Of a stretch of 64,000 bases of DNA, positions 8,817 to 16,884 are shown piece after piece. The translations under genes and the position numbers were made by a program. Source of the DNA: Candidatus Amesbacteria bacterium GW2011_GWB1_47_19 (GTDB lineage: Bacteria; Patescibacteriota; Microgenomatia; CAZETR01; Amesbacteraceae); NCBI GenBank assembly GCA_001002325.1, contig LCNZ01000005.1, positions 18,274-82,273 of the forward strand, given 5' to 3'. Below the pieces are notes generated by a model. The model saw nothing but the letters and a program-made list of their open reading frames with translations, did no database searches and was not told the DNA's origin. Every line of letters starts with the position of its first letter. The first letter of the stretch is position 1.

Positions 8817-9065
8817 TTAACAAGTATTACCTAGTAACCGCTTCATGGCATTTCCGCCTTTGTAAGATTTTAGCACTTTTTCTCTTTGTTTAGCTTCGAT
8901 GGGGATGGAATATTCTTCTTTATAAATTAGGATCCACTCCCCTCTCCTGCGAGTTGAAATATTTTGACCACGATTGTGTTCGGATAGACGACGGGATATA
9001 TCGTTGGTACTACCTATGTAATGCCGACCTGAGTAAGTATTTCTGAGAATGTATGTATAGAACAT
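8817..9065 (-). CDS. Stand-alone GIY-YIG nuclease (UPF0213/SLX1-like)
   Basis: YTYIL...HYIGSTNDISRRLSEHN...EAKQREKVLKS. Confidence 0.93.
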   Translation of the reverse strand: MFYTYILRNTYSGRHYIGSTNDISRRLSEHNRGQNISTRRRGEWILIYKEEYSIPIEAKQREKVLKSYKGGNAMKRLLGNTC

Positions 9066-9072
9066 TCTAATG

Positions 9073-9143
9073 AGCGGCTAAGGGGAATCGAACCCCTGTC
9101 ATCTCCTTGGCAAGGAGAAGTTCTACCATTGAACCATAGCCGC
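9073..9143 (-). tRNA. tRNA-Gly(GCC)
   Basis: GCGGCTA/TAGCCGC acceptor, TCTCC-TTGCCAA-GGAGA, GGTTCGA. Confidence 0.95.
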
Positions 9144-9147
9144 AGTG

Positions 9148-9220
9148 TGCCGAGAGCTGGAGTCGAACCAGCATCTGACGCTCTTCAGGCGCCCGCCGTA
9201 ACCACCTTGGCTATCTCGGC
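9148..9220 (-). tRNA. tRNA-Phe(GAA)
   Basis: GCCGAGA/TCTCGGC, GGCGC-CTGAAGA-GCGTC, GGTTCGA. Confidence 0.93.
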
Positions 9221-9295
9221 GAAGGAATGAAATGACTGAGCTGAGATACAGCGTAAGTCGTATCTCGGCAAGGAACGAGCTTCAGTTGGATTTTA

Positions 9296-9478
9296 CTACA
9301 TCCGGGGAGGGCTTAAACAGTATCCAGTGCGGTCTCTCCCTTTTTTTAAAAATCTAAAATCTGTATTAAATAGTTTATCAACTTGAGCCGCGGATGGTCT
9401 AATACCTGTATTTTTTTCCACCAAATCTTGAAAATTAGATATTATTTCTTCCCGAAGTTGTTCTTGGGAGGTAGCCAT
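9296..9478 (-). CDS. Small hypothetical protein
   Basis: 60 aa ATG ORF between tRNAs with TTGACC/TACAAT-like elements upstream. Confidence 0.45.
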   Translation of the reverse strand: MATSQEQLREEIISNFQDLVEKNTGIRPSAAQVDKLFNTDFRFLKKGRDRTGYCLSPPRM

Positions 9479-9520
9479 TTATTGATTGTATACCTGGGGT
9501 CAATAGTTGCTGACGCTGTC

Positions 9521-9597
9521 TGGTGGACGATGAGGGACTCGAACCCCCGACCCCCGCTGTGTAAAAGCGATGCTCTAACCAGCTGAGCTAATCGTCC
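9521..9597 (-). tRNA. tRNA-Val(TAC), encoded CCA
   Basis: GGACGAT/ATCGTCC, TCGCT-TTTACAC-AGCGG. Confidence 0.95.
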
Positions 9598-9616
9598 TGA
9601 GATTATATTACAGCTG

Positions 9617-9700
9617 TGGGCAAGAGAGGACTTGAACCTCCACTCCCTTGCGGGAACAGGCTCCTGAAGCCTGCGCGTCTGCCAGTTCCGCCACTTGCCC
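9617..9700 (-). tRNA. tRNA-Leu(CAG)
   Basis: GGGCAAG/CTTGCCC, CAGGC-TTCAGGA-GCCTG, long variable arm. Confidence 0.95.
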
Positions 9701-9945
9701 TAGAACTGATTCATGAGCTCCGCAATTATCTCACGTCCGAAACCGGATTTGAAGAATTTCTCAAGATTCCTGGCCTGTATTCTGGTATCGCACTCTTCGA
9801 CGTGAATCAATCGCAACGGCAAATGACCTCTTGTGGAGGGCGATTTACCACTTTCGTGTTGATACAGGCGTCTTTGTAAGTTGTTGGTTATCCCTTTGTA
9901 AATGAATTTATCCCCGTAACTTTGAAGGATATAAACAAAATACAT
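9700..9945 (-). CDS. Stand-alone GIY-YIG nuclease
   Basis: FVYILQS...YKGITNNLQRRLYQH...ARNLEKFFKSGFGR; the G of the TAG stop is tRNA nucleotide 1. Confidence 0.93.
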   Translation of the reverse strand: MYFVYILQSYGDKFIYKGITNNLQRRLYQHESGKSPSTRGHLPLRLIHVEECDTRIQARNLEKFFKSGFGREIIAELMNQF

Positions 9946-9948
9946 GTT

Positions 9949-10073
9949 TGAAGCCTGCGCGCCTGCCTGCCGGCAGGCAGGTCTGCCAGTTCCGCCACTT
10001 GCCCTAGAACTGATTCATGAGCTCCGCAATTATCTCACGTCCGAAACCGGATTTGAAGAATTTCTCAAGATTC
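9949..10073 (-). repeat. Direct repeat of GIY-YIG 3' end + tRNA-Leu 5' half with a 20-bp palindrome insertion
   Basis: Matches 9665-9769 except for inserted CCTGCCTGCCGGCAGGCAGG at 9962-9981. Confidence 0.92.
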
Positions 10074-10194
10074 TTATGAGAAAAATGAATCAATCAAACT
10101 GCTTATATTGATGTACCCAAACCAAAATGTCATATGTCTTACGCGAAAAAAATATAAAATTGTCAATTCATTGGGTATAATTAAGAAAGTAGGA

Positions 10195-10278
10195 GCCGGG
10201 ATGCTGAAACTGGTAGACAGGCATGCTTGAGGGGCATGTGTCAGCAATGGCGTGGAGGTTCGAGTCCTCTTCCCGGCA
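10195..10278 (+). tRNA. tRNA-Leu(GAG)
   Basis: GCCGGGA/TCCCGGC, CATGC-TTGAGGG-GCATG. Confidence 0.95.
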
Positions 10279-10282
10279 CACT

Positions 10283-10366
10283 GCCGGGGTGGCGAAATGG
10301 TAGACGCAAGGGCCTTAAGAGCCCTCGGTCCAAAAGACCATGCGAGTTCGAGTCTCGCCCCCGGCA
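10283..10366 (+). tRNA. tRNA-Leu(TAA)
   Basis: GCCGGGG/CCCCGGC, AGGGC-CTTAAGA-GCCCT. Confidence 0.95.
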
Positions 10367-10368
10367 CA

Positions 10369-10764
10369 ATGAGTTTTGAGTGTGTTAATTGTCATTACCT
10401 GGTACGGGAAGGTAAAAGATATGCCGGGACGGAAAACAGAAACCATTGCACGAAATGTTTGTGGTCATTGCATGCGGATTTAAGACCTGGTGACAGAAAA
10501 GCATTGTGCGGAGGAAAAATGAATCCCGCGGGGCTTACTTTTAAGCGGGTGAAAAAAGATAAGTACGGGAAAGAAAAGGTTGGAGAATTGATGCTAGTAC
10601 ACCAATGCGTAAAATGCCTAGAAGTATCAATAAACAGGATTGCGGCGGATGACGACCCGGTGGAAATAATGAATCTCGTAAATTCCGGTTTTTCTGTTGA
10701 AGGAATCAGTGTGCTGGATGAGGCTGACAGGTCGGAAGTACGCAGGCAGCTATTCGGGGTGTAA
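10369..10764 (+). CDS. RNHCP-domain protein
   Basis: FECVNC, RNHCTKCLWSLH, PGDR, CGG, HQCVKC, DD; ATG at 10369 directly after the tRNA. Confidence 0.88.
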   Translation: MSFECVNCHYLVREGKRYAGTENRNHCTKCLWSLHADLRPGDRKALCGGKMNPAGLTFKRVKKDKYGKEKVGELMLVHQCVKCLEVSINRIAADDDPVEIMNLVNSGFSVEGISVLDEADRSEVRRQLFGV

Positions 10765-10775
10765 AATTATAAACA

Positions 10776-10848
10776 CGGAGAGTGGCGCAGCTGGTAGCGC
10801 GCATCGTTTGGGACGATGAGGCCCCGGGTTCGAGTCCCGGCTCTCCGA
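10776..10848 (+). tRNA. tRNA-Pro(TGG)
   Basis: CGGAGAG/CTCTCCG, CATCG-TTTGGGA-CGATG. Confidence 0.95.
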
Positions 10849-10904
10849 CAAAGTTGAGGCGAAGTTTATTTTTAGCGTGAAATGGTTTAGGATATTGTCA
10901 GAGT

Positions 10905-11345
10905 ATGTGGAAAAAATCGTGGGGAGTGTTTGTAGGTGCGGGACTGGTAGCCGGTTTGTTGCCGGTGATGGTCTGGGGGGTTAGTTCCGGAACCAGGACA
11001 CTGTTCTCCACCCGGGCTCAGACACATGAACTGAGATTATGGTGGGAGCCGGCGGAAGCGACCCTGCGGATAGATCAGGCGATGAAATTTAAGCTGATGG
11101 CAAATGTTGAAAGTAAAAACGGAATTCCGGCACTGGAAATGGAATTGGATATCCCCAAGGGGATACTTGTAGCCCCGAAGATTGTCAGATACGGTAAACT
11201 TATCGGTACCTCAGTGGTCGGTGAAGTGGATGTAGTGGCGGTAAACCAGGGAGATTTTTTGATTGGTATCATAGAAGACAAAGTAGTTACCGGCTATCCT
11301 GATATCACCATAATAGCCTCTCCGGTAAAAATCAAAGTCAGGTAA
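10905..11345 (+). CDS. Membrane-anchored beta-rich hypothetical protein
   Basis: N-terminal TM, then an Ig/cohesin-like beta pattern; first gene of the pilin operon. Confidence 0.65.
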   Translation: MWKKSWGVFVGAGLVAGLLPVMVWGVSSGTRTLFSTRAQTHELRLWWEPAEATLRIDQAMKFKLMANVESKNGIPALEMELDIPKGILVAPKIVRYGKLIGTSVVGEVDVVAVNQGDFLIGIIEDKVVTGYPDITIIASPVKIKVR

Positions 11346-11348
11346 AGT

Positions 11349-11795
11349 ATGAAGTTCAAGCCTGCCCTGTCCCTGATCGAATTATTGCTGGTAGTATCGC
11401 TGATCGGCATTCTGTCGCTGCCGGGAGTATTGGGAATAATTAATATCAGAGCCCGCCAGTCACTGGATGTATCTACTAACAAGTTTGCCGAGATTATGCG
11501 ACAAGCCCACATTTTTTCGAGGGAAAACAGAGAAAGTTTGAGTTGGGGAGTAAAAGGAACCGATAAGAATAGTTACCAACTGGTGACCCGGGATGCGACC
11601 AAGACAGTGACAGTCAGGGAAAAGCACAGACTGGAATCGCCGACAGTTTTTATAATTTATCCGTTTGAAGTGTGGTTTGACCAGGGAACGGGAAATACCG
11701 AAATCAACCGGATTTTCATGACCTATGCGTCCAAGGGCGGTACCCGAGTGGTGGGTTTGTCCCCGACCGGTTTAGTAGTTATCGGTATCCTATGA
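11349..11795 (+). CDS. Type IV minor pilin/pseudopilin
   Basis: A|LSLIELLLVV class III signal-like N-terminus with E+5. Confidence 0.85.
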   Translation: MKFKPALSLIELLLVVSLIGILSLPGVLGIINIRARQSLDVSTNKFAEIMRQAHIFSRENRESLSWGVKGTDKNSYQLVTRDATKTVTVREKHRLESPTVFIIYPFEVWFDQGTGNTEINRIFMTYASKGGTRVVGLSPTGLVVIGIL

Positions 11796-12283
11796 AACCC
11801 CGGGCGTTTACAATAATTGAAGTTGTACTGGCGATAACTCTTTTAATCATTTTGGTAACCAGCGTATATCCCCTGGTGGGATGGATGAGAACCAAATCGA
11901 TACGTCTGCAATACGACAGCCAGGCAGCGCTGGTACTTCAGGAAGGGATGGAGGCGGCATACAGCGTTATGATGTCCGACTGGAGCGGCTTTCCTCCCGG
12001 ACCGGGTTATTTTTATCCGATAATTGATGCGTCTTCGGGAACACCAGTCTGGAAGCTGACTGCCGGAATACAATCTAATTATCAGGCCAGGTTTGAAAGA
12101 AAAATACTGATATCCCAGGTATGCCGGAGGCTGGTAACCGGTCAGATGGAAAATACTCCGTGCCAGGCCGATTATCCTGCCGATCCATACAGCCGGAAAG
12201 TTACAACCACCGTAAGCTGGAGGGAATCAGGAAAAACCAAGAGTATTAACGCCCAATTATTAACGGTGAGTATAAACCGATGA
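11792..12283 (+). CDS. Type IV minor pilin (PilV-like)
   Basis: A|FTIIEVVLA; C-terminal RKVTTTVSW. Confidence 0.85.
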   Translation: MKPRAFTIIEVVLAITLLIILVTSVYPLVGWMRTKSIRLQYDSQAALVLQEGMEAAYSVMMSDWSGFPPGPGYFYPIIDASSGTPVWKLTAGIQSNYQARFERKILISQVCRRLVTGQMENTPCQADYPADPYSRKVTTTVSWRESGKTKSINAQLLTVSINR

Positions 12284-12726
12284 AGAAGGGAATATCTCTA
12301 ATAGAATTGTTAATTGCCATGGCGCTGGCGGTGTTTGTATTTTTGCTGGTGATATCGATGCTGATGACAATACTAACGGCAAATGCCAGAAGCAGCCGGC
12401 AGGAGACGTTTGAGCAGACAAAAAACGATTTGCAGAGCGAGCTGACAAACGCTGTTAAATGGGGTAAGGATATCAGCTGGTCTTCAGGACAGCTGATCGT
12501 AGACGGTGTAGCGTATTCGAGGATCAGCAATGTGATAATAAAAAACGGACAGTTGTTGACGCCACCGCAAGTCAAAATCACCAACTGGACAATAACCGAG
12601 TTGGGGCAGGGAGATCCGAACATCAGTTTGCGCATGGAAATAGCTATGGAAAACGCAGCTAACAGCAGTATTAAAGACAACATGATTTTGACAGTTACAA
12701 AAAGGCAGACGATCATTGTGAAATGA
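12280..12726 (+). CDS. Type IV minor pilin (PilW-like)
   Basis: KKG|ISLIELLIA. Confidence 0.85.
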   Translation: MKKGISLIELLIAMALAVFVFLLVISMLMTILTANARSSRQETFEQTKNDLQSELTNAVKWGKDISWSSGQLIVDGVAYSRISNVIIKNGQLLTPPQVKITNWTITELGQGDPNISLRMEIAMENAANSSIKDNMILTVTKRQTIIVK

Positions 12727-14021
12727 AAACCATGCGAAATACCAACGGTGTTGCTGTGATGATGCTGGTGCTGGTAGTGTCCATGATAGCGGCTTTTATG
12801 GCCATTGCCTGGCAGTCACGGATTTTATTGGGGGTATACAGGAATAAAGCCCTGTCGGACATTATTGCCGTTTCTTACCATGGGGAGTCCAAGGCCAATG
12901 ACATCCTGGGCAAATTCCTGGGAGATTATCCGGGGGCATTTACTTATAATTTTGAAACTCCATGGGAAGATTTGGGAGACGGAACACAATTGAAAGTCGA
13001 GGGAAAACTGATTGATAATAAGGAAACACTAAATATTACAGCCAAGCGAACGTATGCCAGCACCCAATATCAGGTTACCAGGGAGACGGAAACTTTTTCG
13101 GCGGAAGCTTCGGATGCCGAGATAGTATTTTCGCTGGACTGCACGGGATCCATGGCAGCTGCCGCTTGTGCGGATACAAATATTTGCAATTACCAGCCTC
13201 CCGGGAGTCCGTTTTACGCGATTACCAGGATGGACAAACTGAAAGAGGCCTTGATTGTTTTTCTGGACAAGCTGGAAGCGCTTCCAGGGCATGAAAAAAT
13301 AAAGATCGGACTCTCAGTGTTTACATTAAAGAGCGACTGGATGTATACCAGCTACGCTGCGGACGGAACCCCGACCGGACAGGCAATAAAACCCGATAAT
13401 GCGATATCGTCAGATATTCCGGCTATTAAAAGCGCCGTCAATAACTTTCTGGGAAGAAGCGGTGAAGAGCACAGTATGGCTTGTAAAAAAATTCTGACCT
13501 TTACGAATGTAGGAGGGGGACTGATTTTCGCCCATGACTACCTGAAGACCAGAAAACCACTGGGAAAGAAACAGATAGAAATATTGGTTACCGACGGCTG
13601 GTCTAATCAGAGAACTCCACACGCGGGATGCAGCCAAAATATTTTTTGCCCCGGGGATGCGATTTATTGCAGCGGCTATGGTTATACCTGCCCGGTTCCA
13701 TTACCGAACTGTCAGATGCATGGTTGGGAGTTTACAGCCTGTGCGCTGGCAAGTACCCAGCAACAATGGCAACCTATATCTTTTGCGTCCGATCCCTGGC
13801 CTGTCGGAGTACGTGACCCTGAGGTTGATATGTATACGGTGGGTGTATATTCTGATCCGCCTAATTATATAAATTCGGCATTCACCAATTTTTCAAATAA
13901 GTATTTTCAGAATGATGAGGCTTTTCAATTACCGGTTATATTGTCGGATATTTTTGATGAAATATTAGAAAGTTTTACAGTAATTAATGTTCAGCGACTG
14001 GTACCTTCGCCGATAAGATAA
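12723..14021 (+). CDS. PilX-like pilin fused to a Cys-rich vWA domain
   Basis: NG|VAVMM (no E+5), MIDAS DCTGS, TRMDKLK, LVTDG. Confidence 0.82.
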   Translation: MKTMRNTNGVAVMMLVLVVSMIAAFMAIAWQSRILLGVYRNKALSDIIAVSYHGESKANDILGKFLGDYPGAFTYNFETPWEDLGDGTQLKVEGKLIDNKETLNITAKRTYASTQYQVTRETETFSAEASDAEIVFSLDCTGSMAAAACADTNICNYQPPGSPFYAITRMDKLKEALIVFLDKLEALPGHEKIKIGLSVFTLKSDWMYTSYAADGTPTGQAIKPDNAISSDIPAIKSAVNNFLGRSGEEHSMACKKILTFTNVGGGLIFAHDYLKTRKPLGKKQIEILVTDGWSNQRTPHAGCSQNIFCPGDAIYCSGYGYTCPVPLPNCQMHGWEFTACALASTQQQWQPISFASDPWPVGVRDPEVDMYTVGVYSDPPNYINSAFTNFSNKYFQNDEAFQLPVILSDIFDEILESFTVINVQRLVPSPIR

Positions 14022-14046
14022 AATGGGTTATAATTCTTCGGGAATT

Positions 14047-14095
14047 GCGGGTGTAGCTCAATGGCAGACCTGCCTGTCGGCAGGCAGGGAGCCAG
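14047..14095 (+). repeat. 5' partial copy of tRNA-Gly(TCC) with a 20-bp palindrome insertion
   Basis: 14047-14068 identical to 14341-14362; CCTGCCTGTCGGCAGGCAGG at 14069-14088; GAGCCAG matches GCGCCAG at 6/7. Confidence 0.9.
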
Positions 14096-14108
14096 AACTT
14101 TGATTTTA

Positions 14109-14327
14109 ATGAAAAGGTATTTTGTATATATCACCCGCAGTAAATCAACCGGCAGATTTTATACCGGTATGACAAACGACTTGCAAAGAAGGTTAAAACA
14201 GCATAACCGACTAACATCAAATACCCTTGCTACAAGGAAATTGACCGACTTTGAAATTGTTTACAAAGAAATGCAACAAAGCAGAGCAGAAGCAAGAAAA
14301 GTAGAGAGTTTCGTGACAAAATTGTAA
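14109..14327 (+). CDS. Stand-alone GIY-YIG nuclease, possibly C-terminally truncated
   Basis: FVYITRS...FYTGMTNDLQRRLKQHN...SRAEARKVE; lacks the KSGxGR-type tail seen in the paralogues. Confidence 0.88.
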   Translation: MKRYFVYITRSKSTGRFYTGMTNDLQRRLKQHNRLTSNTLATRKLTDFEIVYKEMQQSRAEARKVESFVTKL

Positions 14328-14340
14328 AATTCGGTAGCAT

Positions 14341-14411
14341 GCGGGTGTAGCTCAATGGCAGAGCGCCAGTTTTCCAAACTGGTGACGAGGGTCCGATTCC
14401 CTTCACCCGCT
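14341..14411 (+). tRNA. tRNA-Gly(TCC)
   Basis: GCGGGTG/CACCCGC, CCAGT-TTTCCAA-ACTGG; T-loop TCCGATT. Confidence 0.94.
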
Positions 14412-14561
14412 CAATAGCGAAATGGTTTTGTGTTTTCTCCAATTTTCCTCAAGAAATCGATCTTTTCCCGAGTTCTAGCCACCATTTTTAGCGTTTTATC
14501 TTTGGCCTGGAAAAAATCATACCGGTAACCGGAGTCGGACCTAATTTGTAGAAAAAATGAG

Positions 14562-15377
14562 TCAGTTTATACTGGAAACTCGCATCCAAATCGGATAATG
14601 GTCAGATAGATTTCCGTATTTTTCGTCAGTTATAACCTTGAATTCTTCTAGTTTTATCAGGTTGTTTCCGAAAGCATAATCTAATCTGAGTATAGGCTCA
14701 TTTACGGGAAGCGGAAATAATTTTGCCGGAACTGTGTCACCTTTTCCTTTACCAAGATCAACAAAACCTGCATTTGTAAGTATTTTCGTTACTTCGCCTC
14801 GTTTCATCTCGTTAAGTGATCCCTTCATACTTTTCATAGGTCCGGGGAATTTACGACCTAATGTCTCTAATTGTTTGTCGGTTTCTGCTAAATCATCATT
14901 ATCAAAGGTGTTTAAATCCCCTGTAATTATCGTTGGAGTGTTTGGGTTGACTAATTTTAATACTGCCTCGATTTGTTTAATTCTAGTATCTTCACTGACA
15001 TCGTCTAAATAGACTGAAAATATATCTATTCCACCAACCTTAGTTCTAATCGCATTTCTGGTAGCAAGCCAAATAGTTTGAATTTCCGTTTCGGCGATTT
15101 GAGAGAAAACAGTAATACCATTGTCATGTCCTTTTGTTACTAATCTTTGATCTTCTAGCTTTACTGTGTGCACGTAGGGGTATCCAAATATTTGTTTTAA
15201 CTCATCTGGTGTAAAAACTTCTGTCCATCTATGGGTATCAACTAAACTGACAATATCTGGGTTCAAATCTTTGATGACACTAGCTAAACCATCAATTCGT
15301 TCAGGTCTTTTTTCTGGGCTGCCATAATCTTTAAAACCACCACTTAAAATATTCCAAGACAAAATTTCTGTTGACAT
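14562..15377 (-). CDS. Endonuclease/exonuclease/phosphatase (EEP) family protein
   Basis: ILSWNI, PDIVSL, ITGDLN, RLDY, SDHYPI; AT-richer than flanks. Confidence 0.9.
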   Translation of the reverse strand: MSTEILSWNILSGGFKDYGSPEKRPERIDGLASVIKDLNPDIVSLVDTHRWTEVFTPDELKQIFGYPYVHTVKLEDQRLVTKGHDNGITVFSQIAETEIQTIWLATRNAIRTKVGGIDIFSVYLDDVSEDTRIKQIEAVLKLVNPNTPTIITGDLNTFDNDDLAETDKQLETLGRKFPGPMKSMKGSLNEMKRGEVTKILTNAGFVDLGKGKGDTVPAKLFPLPVNEPILRLDYAFGNNLIKLEEFKVITDEKYGNLSDHYPIWMRVSSIN

Positions 15378-15476
15378 ATGTTTTATTTCGGTCCTGCGGC
15401 TAAGATGGATCACAATTTGTGCCATCAGCTCCCTTAAAAGGTACTTTCACCGCAGAGATTATTCGGTACCCAAATA

Positions 15477-16154
15477 TTAGCATATTTTTCGATCTTTGTG
15501 ACGTTTGCCAAATACTTCTAAAAACAGAAAAGGATTCATTTTCTCAAGATAGTCTTCGAATACGTTTAGTTGTAAAATAACATCAGCTGTTACGTAATAG
15601 CGAAGAATTATTTTTACCGCTGTTGCAAATGACATATCAGAATGTTCGAGTAGATACGCTCCCAGGAAAGGGGTATAGATTCTGCCGGGGTTAGTTTCGA
15701 TGACTGTTTTTAACTCGCTTACTTTTATCCAATGGCAACCTTTGGTCTCATTGGTTTCACTGGCAGGAGTTCCTGTCGCAGTGCATCTGAAAATGAATCC
15801 AACAAATGGACCTTCCGGCGATTGAGTTACACAAAAGGGATGGAAAATATCTGAAGACATGTCATGTGAGCTTGTGTGTAGCGTTTCATCTTCGCCACCC
15901 ACCAATGTGATCTCCAGCCCAGATTCTTCCAGCACCTCTCTTCTGACCGTCTGGTATATTGACTCACCTGCACGGAATTTACCACCAGGTATTTCAAGCG
16001 TTCCTGAAAATTTAGGGTCGGACTCCTTACTGCGAGTCTGAACGATTATTTCTTTTTCGCCTGAATCCCCGAGTCTTTCGATTATCGCCCCGACAAATGG
16101 AATTGTCAGCGCCTCTGTGCCTATGCGCGGTAATTTATCATAGGGAATGTACAT
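15477..16154 (-). CDS. NUDIX hydrolase with an unrelated-looking C-terminal tail
   Basis: GGKFRAGESIYQTVRREVLEESGL Nudix box. Confidence 0.85.
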   Translation of the reverse strand: MYIPYDKLPRIGTEALTIPFVGAIIERLGDSGEKEIIVQTRSKESDPKFSGTLEIPGGKFRAGESIYQTVRREVLEESGLEITLVGGEDETLHTSSHDMSSDIFHPFCVTQSPEGPFVGFIFRCTATGTPASETNETKGCHWIKVSELKTVIETNPGRIYTPFLGAYLLEHSDMSFATAVKIILRYYVTADVILQLNVFEDYLEKMNPFLFLEVFGKRHKDRKIC

Positions 16155-16332
16155 GGGTGTATTTTAGTTTAAAAGTCGCAAAAATAACAGGTCTTGAGAA
16201 AGTTGTTGAATTCCGTGAGTTGGTAATAAAGCGTAATTATTTCTTCCGGGGTGATATTATTGAAAAGGTTATTTAGTTCGATTCCAGTACGGTTACCGGC
16301 TCATTAAAGATATGAGAATTGAGAAATGAGAG

Positions 16333-16884
16333 ATGAGAAATAAAATTGTTTTATTAATAGCGTTGGTGATAATAGCGGGAGGGTTGGGGTGGGGATGGAA
16401 AATGATGAAAAAGGGAAATACCGGTAAGTGGAGAGAATACCGAAGCACTACCGGAGGATTCAGGCTGGATTATCCTGAAAAGTGGGAGGTGAAGGAATAT
16501 CAAACGAATGAAAATTTTGAGCTGAGGGTGGAGTTTGTTCCGACTACCGAGTCCGACCGGATCGGTCAGGTGGGATTGATTTCCGCGACGGTGGTGGCCA
16601 GTCCAGGTGCCGGGCAGATGATGGCAACGCCGGAAGAGTTTGCGGATTGGGAAAAACAGAAGACAGCGACAACTAATTCCGGGATAGCAAAATACGGTGC
16701 CGGGAAGATCGGAGGAGAGAAAGCAGTGATTCTGTCGGACCAGCTGCGGGATTTCTGGGTCCTTACCGCATGGTTCCGTCGGCAGGACAGGAATTACTAT
16801 TTGGGGGTAATGGGTAATGACAGCCGGGGAAAAGCCGATGAGGATATATATAAAAAAATTGCAAACTCCTGGAAATGGCTTTAG
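16333..16884 (+). CDS. Membrane-anchored PsbP-like hypothetical protein
   Basis: N-terminal TM; WREY...GFRLDYPEKW; KKIANSW. Confidence 0.7.
   Translation: MRNKIVLLIALVIIAGGLGWGWKMMKKGNTGKWREYRSTTGGFRLDYPEKWEVKEYQTNENFELRVEFVPTTESDRIGQVGLISATVVASPGAGQMMATPEEFADWEKQKTATTNSGIAKYGAGKIGGEKAVILSDQLRDFWVLTAWFRRQDRNYYLGVMGNDSRGKADEDIYKKIANSWKWL

Noticed and set aside
9946-10004. Split tRNA or archaeal-type/group I tRNA intron
   Set aside because: An intact copy of the tRNA is adjacent, the fragment lacks a complementary half, and no BHB motif or ribozyme core is visible.
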